Positions 50,576-61,214 of a stretch of DNA of 64,000 nucleotides are shown one piece after another; the first letter of the stretch is position 1; each line of letters starts with the position of its first letter. Position numbers and translations under genes: made by a program. The stretch comes from an uncultured delta proteobacterium (GTDB taxonomy: Bacteria; Myxococcota_A; Polyangia; Polyangiales; JAFGIB01), in the NCBI GenBank assembly GCA_963778655.1, contig CAVZVA010000010.1, forward strand, positions 640,001-704,000, read 5' to 3'. The notes beneath the pieces are model-generated. The model was not told the origin of the DNA. It ran no database searches and worked only from the letters and a program-made list of their open reading frames with translations.

Positions 50576-52455
50576 GCAAGATCGTCGGCATCGACCTCGG
50601 CACGACCAACAGCTGTGTCGCGGTGTTGGAGAATGGCGAGCCGATCGTCATTCCCAACGCCGAAGGCGCACGCACCACGCCCTCGATCGTCGGCTTCACC
50701 GAAGCGGGCGAGCGGCGCGTGGGCCAAGTGGCCAAGCGGCAGGCCGTCACCAACGCGCGCAACACCATCTACGGCATCAAGCGCCTGATGGGGCGGCCGT
50801 TCGATTCCGACGCGACCCGGCGGCAGATGGACCACGTGCCCTACGAGCTGGTCGGCAGCGAGCGCGGCGACGCGGCAGTCAAGGTGTTCGACACGGTGTA
50901 CTCGCCGCCGGAGATCTCGGCGATGGTGCTGGAGACGATGCGCGCGATCGCGGAGAGCTACGTCGGCAGCACCATCACCGAGGCGGTGATCACGGTGCCT
51001 GCGTACTTCGACGACGCCCAGCGTCAGGCCACCAAGGCCGCGGGCAAGATCGCCGGGCTCGACGTCAAGCGCATCATCAACGAGCCCACGGCCGCGGCGA
51101 TCGCCTACGGTTTCGACCGCAAGGGCCGCAACGAGCGCATCGTGGTTTACGACCTCGGCGGCGGCACCTTCGACGTGTCGATCCTGGAGCTGTCGGACGG
51201 CGTGTTCAGCGTGCGCGCGGTGGGCGGCGACACCTATCTCGGCGGCGAGGACTTCGACGACGCGGTGATCGACTACCTGGCGCAAAAATTCCAGGAGCAG
51301 ACCGGGATCGACCTGCTGGAAGACCGCATCGCGCTACAGCGGCTCAAAGAACAGAGCGAGCGAGCGCGCCACGAGCTCTCCTCTTCGCTCGAGACTGAGA
51401 TCAACCTGCCGTTCATCGCCTCCGACGCCAGCGGCCCCAAGCACCTGGTGATGACCTTCAAGCGCCACGAGCTCGAGCTGCTGGTCGAGGATCTGGTCGA
51501 TCGCACGCTCGGACCGTGCGATCAGGCGCTCAAGGACGCCGGGCTGGCGGTCAAGGACATCGACGAGGTGATCCTGGTCGGCGGCATGACGCGCATGCCG
51601 CTGGTGCAGAAGCGGGTCGAGGACTTCTTCGGCAAGAAGCCGCACAAGGGCGTCAACCCCGACGAGGTGGTGGCGGTGGGCGCCGCGCTGCAGGGCGCCG
51701 CGCTCTCGGGCGAGGTGCAGGAGGTGCTGCTGCTCGACGTCACGCCGCTGTCGCTGGGCGTCGAGACCGGCGGCGGCGTGTTCACCAAGCTGATCCCGCG
51801 CAACACCACGATTCCCACGCACAAGAGCGAGATCTTCACCACCAGCGTCGATAACCAGCCGTTCGTGCCGATCCACGTGCTGCAGGGCGAGCGCGAAATG
51901 TCGGCGGACAACAAGTCACTGGCGCGCTTCGAGCTGGCGGGCATCCCGCCGGCGCCGCGCGGGGTGCCGCAGATCGAGGTCAACTTCGAGATCGACGCCG
52001 AGGGCATCCTGCACGTCTCGGCCAAGGATCTGGGAACCGGACGCAACCAGAAGGTCAGCGTGGTGCCCTCGAGCGGCCTGAGCGAGGAAGAAGTCGACCG
52101 CATCGTGCTGCAGGCCGAGCAGTACCGGCAGAGTGACGAGAAGCGCAAGGAGCTGGCGGAGCTCAAGAACAACGCCGAGGCCTTGCTCTACACCAGCGAG
52201 CGCGCGTGCGACGAGTGCGCCGAGATCGTGGACGGCGCGATCATCAAGCAGGTGCGCGAGGATATCGCGTACCTGCGCGACCTGATCAACGGCAGCGGCG
52301 ACGCGATCTCGATCCGCGATGCGCTGCAGCAGCTGGAGCTGAGCGCGTACAAGATCGCCGAGGCCATGTACGGCTCGGCCGAGGCCCAACCCGAGGCCGG
52401 CGGCGAGGTGCCGCCCGACGAGGGCGTCGCCGCGCCCAAGACCGACGCCAGCTGA
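50572..52455 (+). CDS. dnaK: Molecular chaperone DnaK
   Basis: [33 protein letters not shown] and [12 protein letters not shown] overlap with grpE. Confidence 0.97.
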   Translation: MSKIVGIDLGTTNSCVAVLENGEPIVIPNAEGARTTPSIVGFTEAGERRVGQVAKRQAVTNARNTIYGIKRLMGRPFDSDATRRQMDHVPYELVGSERGDAAVKVFDTVYSPPEISAMVLETMRAIAESYVGSTITEAVITVPAYFDDAQRQATKAAGKIAGLDVKRIINEPTAAAIAYGFDRKGRNERIVVYDLGGGTFDVSILELSDGVFSVRAVGGDTYLGGEDFDDAVIDYLAQKFQEQTGIDLLEDRIALQRLKEQSERARHELSSSLETEINLPFIASDASGPKHLVMTFKRHELELLVEDLVDRTLGPCDQALKDAGLAVKDIDEVILVGGMTRMPLVQKRVEDFFGKKPHKGVNPDEVVAVGAALQGAALSGEVQEVLLLDVTPLSLGVETGGGVFTKLIPRNTTIPTHKSEIFTTSVDNQPFVPIHVLQGEREMSADNKSLARFELAGIPPAPRGVPQIEVNFEIDAEGILHVSAKDLGTGRNQKVSVVPSSGLSEEEVDRIVLQAEQYRQSDEKRKELAELKNNAEALLYTSERACDECAEIVDGAIIKQVREDIAYLRDLINGSGDAISIRDALQQLELSAYKIAEAMYGSAEAQPEAGGEVPPDEGVAAPKTDAS

Positions 52456-52681
52456 GCGCTCGGGCCTCCGAGCTTGCGCGCCTCGCGACACAAGCTCGCG
52501 CTTGAGGCGCCACCCGGGTGCGCTTGATCGCGTGCAAACCGTGCAAGCGCGATCACGCGTTGCAGCCGTCGGAAGGTCTGGTGGCACGGCGGGCCGTGAT
52601 CCAAGCTGTGCGCAGGGGCCCATTTAGCGCCGATCGCGCGCGTGTGCGCGCGCTTCGGTCGCGCTCGCAAGGAGGAACGTC

Positions 52682-53461
52682 ATGCTCGAGTCATTGCAAG
52701 ATCTGCCGCCCGGAGTGCAGGGCGTGAAGGCCGTCGGCAAGGTATCCAGAGAGGACTACGAGCGGGTGCTCGAGCCGATGCTGGAACAGGCACAGCGCGA
52801 GCACCGGCGCGTGCGCTTCCTGTACGAGCTCGGCCCGCAATTCGAGGCCTTCACGCCCAGCGCGGCGTGGGAGGACGCGAAGGCCGGCGTTCGCTTCCTG
52901 CGCCTGTTCGAAGGCTGCGCCGTGGTGACCGACCTCGGCTGGGTCAAGGAGTCGACGCGCTTCTTCGCCTTCATGATGCCCTGCCCGATGCGTGTGTTCG
53001 GCAGCCAAGAGCGCGACCAGGCGAGCGCGTGGCTGGCCGCGCTGCCCGAGCCGGCGGCGGTCGCACACCGGCTGTTGCCGGAGTCAGGCGTGATCGTCGT
53101 CGAGGTCACGGCCGCGCTGCGCGCGCAGGACTTCGACGCGATGGCCGTCACCGCAGACCAGTGGATCGCAAGCCACGGCGAGCTGCGGGGCCTGGTGATC
53201 CACGCCCGCGAGTTTCCCGGCTGGGAGAACCTCGGCAGCCTGCTGCGGCACGTGCGCTTCGTGCGTGACCACCACCGCAAGGTCGGCAGGATCGCGCTCG
53301 CGGCCGGCAGCAAGCTGGCCGTGCTCGTCCCGCGGGTGGCCGAGCACTTCCTGAAGGCCGAGGTGAAGGCCTTCGGCTACGACGCGCTGGAAGACGCGAT
53401 CGCCTGGGCCGCGGGCTCTCCCGCCCAGGGCACGGCCTCACCGCAGGTGCACGCGTCGTAA
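52682..53461 (+). CDS. Tandem SpoIIAA-like (STAS/SEC14) domain protein
   Basis: Two repeats (GKVSREDY..AWED..AVVTD..ASAW; FPGWE..RIAL..AIAW); AGGAGG RBS. Confidence 0.8.
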   Translation: MLESLQDLPPGVQGVKAVGKVSREDYERVLEPMLEQAQREHRRVRFLYELGPQFEAFTPSAAWEDAKAGVRFLRLFEGCAVVTDLGWVKESTRFFAFMMPCPMRVFGSQERDQASAWLAALPEPAAVAHRLLPESGVIVVEVTAALRAQDFDAMAVTADQWIASHGELRGLVIHAREFPGWENLGSLLRHVRFVRDHHRKVGRIALAAGSKLAVLVPRVAEHFLKAEVKAFGYDALEDAIAWAAGSPAQGTASPQVHAS

Positions 53462-53610
53462 CCAGGCGCGCATCCGACAAAGGCTGGTTCCTGGAGTCAG
53501 ACCCGGGGAGCCGGGAAGCCGAAAGGTCAAACCCTCTGTGCTGCCCGTTTTCCTGTAGCTCCCCTTGATCTGGCCGTGGGCCGGCGGCGGCGCGTCCTGC
53601 GCACGCGGCG

Positions 53611-53639
53611 TTGACAGGCGCGCGCGCTGCCGCCAGGGT
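53611..53639 (+). promoter_or_regulatory. Possible sigma70-type promoter
   Basis: TTGACA-17 nt-CAGGGT, followed by GAGGAG RBS and ATG at 53660. Confidence 0.3.
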
Positions 53640-53659
53640 AGGCGGCCGAGGAGATCACC

Positions 53660-54529
53660 ATGCGCGTGCGACTGGGTTCGGTGGCGTTGGCTTTGGGGCT
53701 GGCGACGGCGTGCGGCGCCAGCCAGCACCCGTCCGCAGCCGCCACCGAGCCGACCGCGCCGGCCGCGCAAGCCAGCGCGGCGACCGCGGCCGCGCCGGCT
53801 GCAGCTGCGCCGGCGCCGGCGCCCTCAGCCGCCCCGCCAGACCCCGAGCTCGCGCGCTATCAGGCGCTGGTCGACGCCCCCGATCGCAGTAGCGACGACC
53901 GCGCGCTCGACGCCGGTCGCCATCCCGCGCAGACGCTCGCCTTCTTCGGCATCGCGCCCGGCATGCGGGTGGCCGAGCTGGCCGCCGGCACCGGCTACAC
54001 CAGCGAGCTGCTGGCGCGCGCCGTGGGCCCCAGCGGCAGCGTGTACGCCGAGAACCCCAAATTCATCCTCACGCAGTTCGCGGAGAGCCCCTGGAGCGTG
54101 CGGCTGCAAAAGCCGGTGATGGGCAACGTCACGCGGCTCGACCGCGAGCTCGACGATCCGTTTCCGGCGAACGTGCACGACCTCGACGCGGTGCTGCTGG
54201 TGCTGGTCTACCACGACACGGTGTGGCTCAAGGTCGATCGCGACAAGATGAACCGCGCGATCTTCGCCGCGCTCAAGCCCGGCGGCATCTACGGCATCGT
54301 CGACCACAGCAGCCGGCCCGGTGCCGGGCTGCAGGACGTCAAGAGCTTGCACCGCATCGACGAGCAGACGCTGCGCGCCGAGGTCGAGCGCGCCGGCTTC
54401 AAGCTCGCTGCCGAAGGAGACTTCCTGCGCAACCCGAGCGACCCACGCGACTGGAACGCCTCGCCGCGCGCGGCCGGCGCGCGCCGCGGGAGCAGCGACC
54501 GCTTCGTGCTCAAGTTCGTCAAACCCTGA
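53660..54529 (+). CDS. Class I SAM-dependent methyltransferase-like lipoprotein
   Basis: Lipobox LATAC, RHP.QTLAFFG, VAELAAGTGY, YHD, LKPGG.YGIVDH, HRID and SDRF.LKF.KP. Confidence 0.85.
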   Translation: MRVRLGSVALALGLATACGASQHPSAAATEPTAPAAQASAATAAAPAAAAPAPAPSAAPPDPELARYQALVDAPDRSSDDRALDAGRHPAQTLAFFGIAPGMRVAELAAGTGYTSELLARAVGPSGSVYAENPKFILTQFAESPWSVRLQKPVMGNVTRLDRELDDPFPANVHDLDAVLLVLVYHDTVWLKVDRDKMNRAIFAALKPGGIYGIVDHSSRPGAGLQDVKSLHRIDEQTLRAEVERAGFKLAAEGDFLRNPSDPRDWNASPRAAGARRGSSDRFVLKFVKP

Positions 54530-54553
54530 GCGCGCACGCCTCTGTCCTCGACC

Positions 54554-55066
54554 ATGCCCAGCTACGTCGCCCTGCTGCGCGCCGTCAACGTCGGAGGCAC
54601 TGGCAAGCTCCCGATGACGGAGCTGCGCGCGTTGTGCCAAGAGGCGGGCTTCGCGGGCGTGCGCACCTACATCCAGAGCGGCAACGTGGTGTTCGCCTCG
54701 CGCCTGCCCGAAGCCAAGGTCAAGCACGCACTGCAAGCCGCGCTGCAGGCCCACATGGGCAAACCGGTCGGGGTGATGGTGCGCAGCGCCGCCGAAATGG
54801 CGGCCGTCGTGCAGCGCAACCCGTTTCGCGCGCAGCCGGCCAACCGCGTGGTCGCAGTGTTCCTCGACGCCCCCGCCGCCAAGACCGCGCTCGCCCAGCT
54901 GGTCGCGCCCGACGGCGAGCAGGTCCGGCTCTCGGGCCGCGAGATATTCATCTACTACCCCGACGGCCAGGGCCGCTCCAAGCTCAAGCTGCCCGCGGCC
55001 GCCACCGGCACCGCGCGCAACCTCAACACCATCGCCAAGCTCGCGCAGATGGCCGCCGAAGGCTGA
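54554..55066 (+). CDS. DUF1697 family protein
   Basis: ALLRAVNVGG, TYIQSGNVVF and TARNLNT. Confidence 0.88.
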   Translation: MPSYVALLRAVNVGGTGKLPMTELRALCQEAGFAGVRTYIQSGNVVFASRLPEAKVKHALQAALQAHMGKPVGVMVRSAAEMAAVVQRNPFRAQPANRVVAVFLDAPAAKTALAQLVAPDGEQVRLSGREIFIYYPDGQGRSKLKLPAAATGTARNLNTIAKLAQMAAEG

Positions 55067-55136
55067 GGCGCGGGCGCCGTGTCGCGCGCTGGCCGGGCCG
55101 CGCGCTGCGCCGTTGCGCGCCGGGCTCCAGCGCCTT

Positions 55137-55928
55137 TCAGCGCGCGGCCACGCCCCCGGCGAGCGCGTCCGCACGCGCGCGTGGCAGCAGGCGTGCCAGG
55201 CGCTCGGCCCAGGTGCTCTGCCCGGCAGCGTCCGCAATCAGATCCTGGCGGACCTCGATCTCCACGTGCATCAAGCCGCGGCGCTCGGCGTGGGTGACGA
55301 TGGTGTAGTCGGTGGCGTCGCCGAGCGCGTAGGGCTGGTTGTCGCCGACCACCAGGCCCTCGCTGCGCAGCGACGCGAGCAGCGCGCGCCCGAGCCGCGG
55401 GTCGCGGTTGTACAGCACGCCCGCCTGCCACGGGCGCTCGAAGTCCATGAAGCGGGGGGTGAAGCTGTGCAGCGCCAGCACCACCGCCGGCGTTCCGGCC
55501 TGCGCGCGCCGCTCGAGCTCGCCGCCGATCGCCTCGTGGTACGGGTGAAACACCTCGCGCGCGCGCGCCTCGATCTGCGCGGGGGAGAGCCCTTCGTTGC
55601 CGGGCACGCGCGTGCGCTCGCTCAGCGCGAGGATCGACTGCGGCGAGCCGGGCGGGCGGTTGGCGTCGATCACGAGCCGCGAGTAGCTCTGCAGGATCGC
55701 GAACGCATCGAGCCGCTCCGACAGCGCGCGCACGACCCCTGCGATGCCGATGTCCCAGGCCACGTGGGTTTGAAGCTCCTCCGCGCGCATGCCCAGATCG
55801 CCCAACTTGCGCGGCAACGCGCGGCCGGCGTGGTCGCTGACAATCACGAACTCCGAACGGCCGCCGGCTCGCTCGATGCGGTAGGGCGGCGGATCACCCG
55901 CGGTCAGAAGCGCGTCCATGCGTGCCAA
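55137..55928 (-). CDS. N-formylglutamate amidohydrolase family protein
   Basis: SDHAG, HVAWDIG, SRLVIDANR, PYH, HSFTP, NQPY and EIEVRQDLI. Start may be the ATG at 55919. Confidence 0.88.
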   Translation of the reverse strand: MARMDALLTAGDPPPYRIERAGGRSEFVIVSDHAGRALPRKLGDLGMRAEELQTHVAWDIGIAGVVRALSERLDAFAILQSYSRLVIDANRPPGSPQSILALSERTRVPGNEGLSPAQIEARAREVFHPYHEAIGGELERRAQAGTPAVVLALHSFTPRFMDFERPWQAGVLYNRDPRLGRALLASLRSEGLVVGDNQPYALGDATDYTIVTHAERRGLMHVEIEVRQDLIADAAGQSTWAERLARLLPRARADALAGGVAAR

Positions 55929-56242
55929 GGTAGCCGCACCCGGGCCGCGCGCGCCCGTCGGCCGGCCCGCGGCATCACCGCATCCTACACGACGCCCCCC
56001 ATTACACCCGACCCCGCCTCGGTGCTCGGGGATGGCTACGCAACCCTATCAAGCTCAGCCGAGCGACGGCCGCCACGATTCCAACTTCCGCGCCTCGGCC
56101 GGATCCGTCACACTGCCTGCATGACCTCCTGTCCATTCTCGTTTGCGCGAGTATCGCAGCCCTTCACGTGAGCTCTCCGTCCGGTGCGTGCTCGTGTGCG
56201 ACCGCGTGCTCGCGAAAACCGTTCGCGATCCTGAACGCAGCG

Positions 56243-57007
56243 CTACTGCGGCGCGCGGCCGATCCACACCGCCTTGGCGTAGGCGCAGAGCGCGCCTTGC
56301 TGATCGAACAGCGCGGTGCCGGCGTAGAACTTGCGGCCTTCGTGGCCCATGGTCCAGCCGATCACCACGCAGCGCTCGCCGGCGCGGACCGGCCGCTCGA
56401 CGCGGGCGGTGAGCCGGCCGAGCAGGCCGGTGCGCGTGCCCTCCGCCAGCCACGCGAATTGGCCCGGGCAGTCGAGCGCCGCGCACACGATCTCGGGCGG
56501 CAGCGTTCCGTCCGGACCGGCGAACGCGGTATCGCAGACCCAGGCCGCGGCCACCTGGCGGCGTTCCGGGATCGGTGCCGCGTATACGTGGAGCCCCTCG
56601 CTCGGCGCGAGCTCGGCGCCGCAACAGACGCAAATCGGGTGGAAGCCCTTGCGCGTGCCGCCGAATATGTGCGGCCCGACGTGCAGCGAGGCCGAGTGCG
56701 CGCGCACCGACAGCGCCTGCTCGAAGCTCGCCGGCTCCGGCACCTCGAGCTCGAGCGTGCCGAGCACGGCCTCGGCGATCAGCGTCTCGCCATGGTGCGC
56801 GCGCAGCGTCTCACCCGCGAGCTCGACCGCGAGCGGCTGATCGAGCGGCACCGGCGCGCGCAACGTGACCTCGACCGCCCGCTGCTCGGGCAAGTCATAG
56901 CGCCCCTGCGTCAGCAGCCCACCGAACAGCCCGCACGCATACCCCCCATTGCCGGAGCGCGGCGGCCCCCGAAACCGAGCTGGGACGACGACCGTCGTGC
57001 TGGGCAT
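56243..57007 (-). CDS. Double hotdog-fold (thioesterase-like) protein
   Basis: FRGPPRSGNGGY, VTLRAPVPL, AALDCPG and GRKFYAGTALF. Confidence 0.75.
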   Translation of the reverse strand: MPSTTVVVPARFRGPPRSGNGGYACGLFGGLLTQGRYDLPEQRAVEVTLRAPVPLDQPLAVELAGETLRAHHGETLIAEAVLGTLELEVPEPASFEQALSVRAHSASLHVGPHIFGGTRKGFHPICVCCGAELAPSEGLHVYAAPIPERRQVAAAWVCDTAFAGPDGTLPPEIVCAALDCPGQFAWLAEGTRTGLLGRLTARVERPVRAGERCVVIGWTMGHEGRKFYAGTALFDQQGALCAYAKAVWIGRAPQ

Positions 57008-57154
57008 CGCCCGGTACTACAACAAGCGACCGCCCGCGCAAGCCGACACGCTCGCGCTCGCGCGCAAAGCACGTATCATCGCCCCACGGCTGCGCTCGGT
57101 CGGGGGAGCTGGCTCGATATCCCGATCCCAGGCGCGCGCCGCACCACCAGTGCT

Positions 57155-58435
57155 ATGCGGATGCGCAGCCCATCGCCGCTGTTCGTGATCGCGCTGGGCT
57201 GCCTCGCGCCCGCGGCGGCCGCCGCCGGCTGTAGCCGCAGCGAGGCAAGCGACCCCAGCGTGGTCACCATCCGCTTGCTCTCCGCGCCCGACATCGGGCA
57301 CGCCATGGCGGAGATCGTCGCGCGCTTCGAGCGCGGCCACTCGAAGATCCGCGTCGAGCTGGTGCAGGGGCCGGCCTCCACCGACGCGCGCCAGAACATG
57401 TACACCACCGCGTTCATGGCCGGGCAGAGCCCGTACGACGTGGTGCACATGGACGTGGTCTGGGTGCCGATGTTCGCGGCGCAGGGCTGGTTGCGGGCGC
57501 TCGACGACCTGTGGAGCCCCGCCGCGCGGCGCGCGTTCATCCCCAGCGGGCTCGAGGGCTCGCGCTACGCGGGCAAGCTCTACCGCGTGCCGAGCCAATC
57601 CGACGCCGGCATGCTCTACTTCCGCAAGGACCTGCTCGACGCCGCCGGCCTGCAGCCGCCGCGCACCTTCGCCGAGCTGAGCGCGCAGGCCCAGGCCCTG
57701 CAAGATCCGCCGGCGCGCTACGGCTTCGTGTTCGAAGGCAAACAGTACGAGGGTCTGGTGTGCACCTTCTTGGAGCTGGCGTGGGGCAGCGGCGCGCAGC
57801 TGCTCGACGCGAGCGGCCACGTCGCCATCGACTCCCCACAGGCGATCGCCGCGCTGCGCTGGCTGGTCGGCGCGGTGCAGGTGCAGCACATCGCGCCGCC
57901 CGGCGTGCTCGCCTTCCAGGAAGAAGAGGCGCGCCACACCTTCCAGCAAGGCCACGCCGTGTTCATGCGCAACTGGCCCTACGCCTTCAACCTGGCGCAG
58001 GCGCCCGATTCGCCCGTGCGCGGCAAAGTCGGCATCGAGCCGATGGTGCACGGCCCGGGCGGTACGTCTGCGGCCACGCTGGGCGGCTGGGGCTTCGGCA
58101 TCGCCGCCTCGTCGCCGCATCCGCGGCAGGCCTGGCAATTCATCGACTTCGCGACCGGCGCCGAGTCTCAGAAGCTGGCGTTCTTGCGCGCCGGCATCAT
58201 CCCCACCCGCCAGGCGCTGTTCAGCGACCCCGAGCTGATCGCGCGCGCGCCCTACCTGCCGCGCCTGCTGCCGATCCTCGAGCGCGCGCGGCCGCGCCCC
58301 GTGCACCCGGCCTACGCGCGGCTCTCCGATACGTTGCAGGTCCACCTCAGCGCCGCGCTCTCCCAGCAGGAGACCCCCGAGCAGGCCCTGCACGCGGCCG
58401 CCGCCGAGATGCGCGCGTTCCTGGTGTCGCGATGA
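57155..58435 (+). CDS. Sugar ABC transporter substrate-binding lipoprotein (trehalose/maltose-like)
   Basis: AAGC lipobox, DVVWVP.FA, LYFRKDLL, QYEGL, FMRNWPY and TLGGW. Confidence 0.88.
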   Translation: MRMRSPSPLFVIALGCLAPAAAAAGCSRSEASDPSVVTIRLLSAPDIGHAMAEIVARFERGHSKIRVELVQGPASTDARQNMYTTAFMAGQSPYDVVHMDVVWVPMFAAQGWLRALDDLWSPAARRAFIPSGLEGSRYAGKLYRVPSQSDAGMLYFRKDLLDAAGLQPPRTFAELSAQAQALQDPPARYGFVFEGKQYEGLVCTFLELAWGSGAQLLDASGHVAIDSPQAIAALRWLVGAVQVQHIAPPGVLAFQEEEARHTFQQGHAVFMRNWPYAFNLAQAPDSPVRGKVGIEPMVHGPGGTSAATLGGWGFGIAASSPHPRQAWQFIDFATGAESQKLAFLRAGIIPTRQALFSDPELIARAPYLPRLLPILERARPRPVHPAYARLSDTLQVHLSAALSQQETPEQALHAAAAEMRAFLVSR

Positions 58436-59274
58436 GCGCCGCCGCCGCCACCCGCCGCGAGCACGCGCTCGACTGGGCCTACGCAACGCCGGCGCTGCTG
58501 CTGATGGGCGCGGTGCAGGTGCTGCCGATCGGGCAGGCCGTGGCCTCCGCGCGGCGCGTGAGCTTCGTGTGGCACGACGGCAGGCTGCTGATCGCGCTGC
58601 GCAACACCTTGGTCTTCACCGTCAGCACGGTCGCGATCGAGCTGCTGCTGGGTCTGCTGATCGCGCTCGCGCTGCTGCGGCCGTTCGCCGGCCGCACGCT
58701 GCTGCGCGCCGCGGTGCTGCTGCCGTGGGCGCTGCCGACCGCGGTAATGGCGCTGTGCTGGCAGTGGATCTTCAACGCCGAGTACGGCGTGCTCGGCGAT
58801 CTGCTGTTCCGCGCCGGGCTCTCGTCCACGCCGCACATCGCCTGGCTCAGCTCGCCCGGGCTGGCGATGAGCGCGTGCGTAATCGCCGACGTGTGGAAGA
58901 CCACGCCGTTCATGGCGTTGCTGCTGATGAGCGGGCTCGCGACCATTCCGGACGACCTGTACGAGGCCGCCGCCCTCGACGGCGCCGGGCCGTTGCGCCA
59001 GTTGTTCGTGATCACCTTGCCGCTGCTTCGCCCCACCATCGCGCTGGCGGTGATCTTTCGCGCGATCCAGTCGTTCGGCGTGTTCGACCTGATCTGGGTG
59101 CTCACCGGCGGCGGTCCCGGCGGCGCCACCCAGACCATTGCGCTCTACGTCTACGACAACGTGTTTCGCTACCTCGACTTCGGCTACGGCTGCACGCTCA
59201 CGCTGGTGATGGCGGCGTGCCTGGGCGCGCTGGCCGCCTGCGTGGGCCTGGTGGGCGGGAGAGACCCCGCATGA
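58432..59274 (+). CDS. Sugar ABC transporter permease (MalF-like)
   Basis: LPWALP, VWKTTPF, EAA loop YEAAALDGA and TGGGPG. Confidence 0.9.
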   Translation: MSAAAATRREHALDWAYATPALLLMGAVQVLPIGQAVASARRVSFVWHDGRLLIALRNTLVFTVSTVAIELLLGLLIALALLRPFAGRTLLRAAVLLPWALPTAVMALCWQWIFNAEYGVLGDLLFRAGLSSTPHIAWLSSPGLAMSACVIADVWKTTPFMALLLMSGLATIPDDLYEAAALDGAGPLRQLFVITLPLLRPTIALAVIFRAIQSFGVFDLIWVLTGGGPGGATQTIALYVYDNVFRYLDFGYGCTLTLVMAACLGALAACVGLVGGRDPA

Positions 59275-60143
59275 GACCCGCGGCAACCAAAGTAGCGCCC
59301 GCCGCATCCGGCGCGGGCCGAATCGCGGTCCGCGCCGGCTTTTCGCTGCTGTTGTGCGGCCTCGCGGCCTGGAGCCTGGCGCCGTTCGCCTGGCAGCTCG
59401 TCACCTCGCTCAAGCCCGCAGCCGAGGTGGTGGCGATCCCGCCGCGCTACTGGCCCTCGCACCCCACCATCGCCAGCTACTTCGCGATCTTCCAAGCCCA
59501 CCCGTTCGCGACCTTCATCGCCAACAGCACGCTGGTCGCCAGCGGCACTACCCTGCTGTGCACGCTGCTGGCGCTCCCGGCGGCGTACGCGCTGAGCGGC
59601 CCACTGCCGGGCGGCCGCCTCGCGCTGCGCGCGGTGCTGGGCGTAGCGATCTTCCCGCCCGCCGTGCTGATCATCCCCCTGTACCAGAGTATGCGCTGGC
59701 TCGGCCTGCTGGGCAGCCCGCTCGCGCTGGTGTTGCCGTACACCGCGCTCAACCTGCCGCTGTCGATCTGGCTGCTGGCCGCGTTTCTGCGCCAGGTGCC
59801 GCGCGAGATCATGGAAGCGGCGGCGATCGACGGGCTCTCGCGCTTCGCCACGCTGTGGCGCATCGTATTGCCGCTCGCGCTGCCCGCGGTGGCGGCCAGC
59901 GCGGTGCTGGTGTTCATCTTCTCGTGGAACGAGTTCCTGCTGGCGCTCACCTTCATGTCGCGCGCCGACGCCTGGACCGTGCCGGTGGGGATCGCGTTGC
60001 TGGCCGGCATCTCGCCCTACGAGTTTCCCTGGGATCAGATCTCGGCGGCGGTGGTGCTGACCACGATCCCGGTGGTGTTGCTGGTGGCGGTCTTCTCGCG
60101 CCGTATCATCAGCGGGCTGACCGCGGGCGCGGTCAAGGGTTGA
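59271..60143 (+). CDS. Sugar ABC transporter permease (MalG-like)
   Basis: TSLKP, NS, AAYAL, EAAAIDG, WNEFL and GLTAGAVKG. Confidence 0.9.
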   Translation: MRPAATKVAPAASGAGRIAVRAGFSLLLCGLAAWSLAPFAWQLVTSLKPAAEVVAIPPRYWPSHPTIASYFAIFQAHPFATFIANSTLVASGTTLLCTLLALPAAYALSGPLPGGRLALRAVLGVAIFPPAVLIIPLYQSMRWLGLLGSPLALVLPYTALNLPLSIWLLAAFLRQVPREIMEAAAIDGLSRFATLWRIVLPLALPAVAASAVLVFIFSWNEFLLALTFMSRADAWTVPVGIALLAGISPYEFPWDQISAAVVLTTIPVVLLVAVFSRRIISGLTAGAVKG

Positions 60144-60153
60144 GGGGAGCGAA

Positions 60154-61209
60154 ATGGCGAGCCTCGAAGTGATCGATGTGGGCAAGCGCTTCGGCGACGG
60201 CGAGGTGCTGCGCGCGATCGGCTTTGCGGCGCAGGACGGCGAGCTGGTGTCGCTGCTCGGCCCCTCGGGCTGCGGCAAGACCACGCTGCTGCGCATCGTC
60301 GCGGGGCTCGAACGCGCCGACGCCGGCACGGTGCGCCTGGGCGGCAAGGACGTGACCCAAAGCCCGCCCAAGCAGCGCGACGTCGCGATGGTGTTCCAGA
60401 GCTACGCGCTGTACCCGCACCTCTCGGTGGAGCAGAACCTCGCGCTGGGGCTGCGCCTGCACGGAGTGCCGGCCGCCGAGCGCGCCCGGCGCATCGCCGA
60501 GACCGCCGCCATGCTCGAGCTCTCGCCACTGCTCAAGCGCAAGCCCGCGGCGCTCAGCGGCGGCCAGCGCCAGCGCGTGGCGCTGGGGCGCGCGCTGGTG
60601 CGGCGACCCCAACTCACCTTGCTCGACGAGCCGCTCAGCAACCTCGACGCGGTGCTGCGCGAGCGCACCCGCGCCGAGCTCAAGCTGCTGTTCAAGCGCG
60701 TGGGCGCCACCGCACTCTACGTCACCCACGACCAGGTCGAGGCGATGACGCTCTCGGACCGCATCGTGGTGCTCGATCGTGGCTGCATCCAGCAGATCGG
60801 CACCCCGGAGCAGATCTACCGCGAGCCCGCCAACGCATTCGTCGCCGCGTTCGTTGGGGCGCCCGCGATGAACCTGATCCCGCTGCCCCACGCGGTCGCG
60901 GCCGGATTGGTCGCCCCGCCCGCGCCGGGCGCGAGCACGGACGGCCTGGTGGGCGTGCGTCCCGAGGAGCTCGAGCTCTGTGCGCAAACGCGCGGCGGCT
61001 TCACCGAGTACGCGGTGCGCCTGCGCGAGCCGACCGGCGCGCAGACTGTGCTCACGCTGCAGGCGGGCGGCGTGAGCCTGCGCGCGACCGTGCCCACCCA
61101 GTGGAGCGAGCAGCACGCCCGGCTGTTCGTACGCGCCCCGCCCGAACGCCTGCACTTCTTCGACGCCGCGGGCCGCCGCACGCAGCCCGAGCGCGAGCCA
61201 CCCCGCTGA
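60154..61209 (+). CDS. Sugar ABC transporter ATP-binding protein (MalK-like)
   Basis: GPSGCGKT, VFQSYALYPH, LSGGQRQR, DEPLSNLD and VTHDQVEA. Confidence 0.94.
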   Translation: MASLEVIDVGKRFGDGEVLRAIGFAAQDGELVSLLGPSGCGKTTLLRIVAGLERADAGTVRLGGKDVTQSPPKQRDVAMVFQSYALYPHLSVEQNLALGLRLHGVPAAERARRIAETAAMLELSPLLKRKPAALSGGQRQRVALGRALVRRPQLTLLDEPLSNLDAVLRERTRAELKLLFKRVGATALYVTHDQVEAMTLSDRIVVLDRGCIQQIGTPEQIYREPANAFVAAFVGAPAMNLIPLPHAVAAGLVAPPAPGASTDGLVGVRPEELELCAQTRGGFTEYAVRLREPTGAQTVLTLQAGGVSLRATVPTQWSEQHARLFVRAPPERLHFFDAAGRRTQPEREPPR

Positions 61210-61214
61210 GGCCC

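Noticed and set aside
52524..52537. FNR-like box TTGATCGCGTGCAA
   Set aside because: Two mismatches in one half-site, and it lies within a hairpin after dnaK that could equally be a terminator.
50425..52623. Long antisense and alternative-frame ORFs over dnaK and most other genes
   Set aside because: Expected shadow ORFs in very GC-rich DNA; Arg/Ala/Pro-rich with no family motifs.
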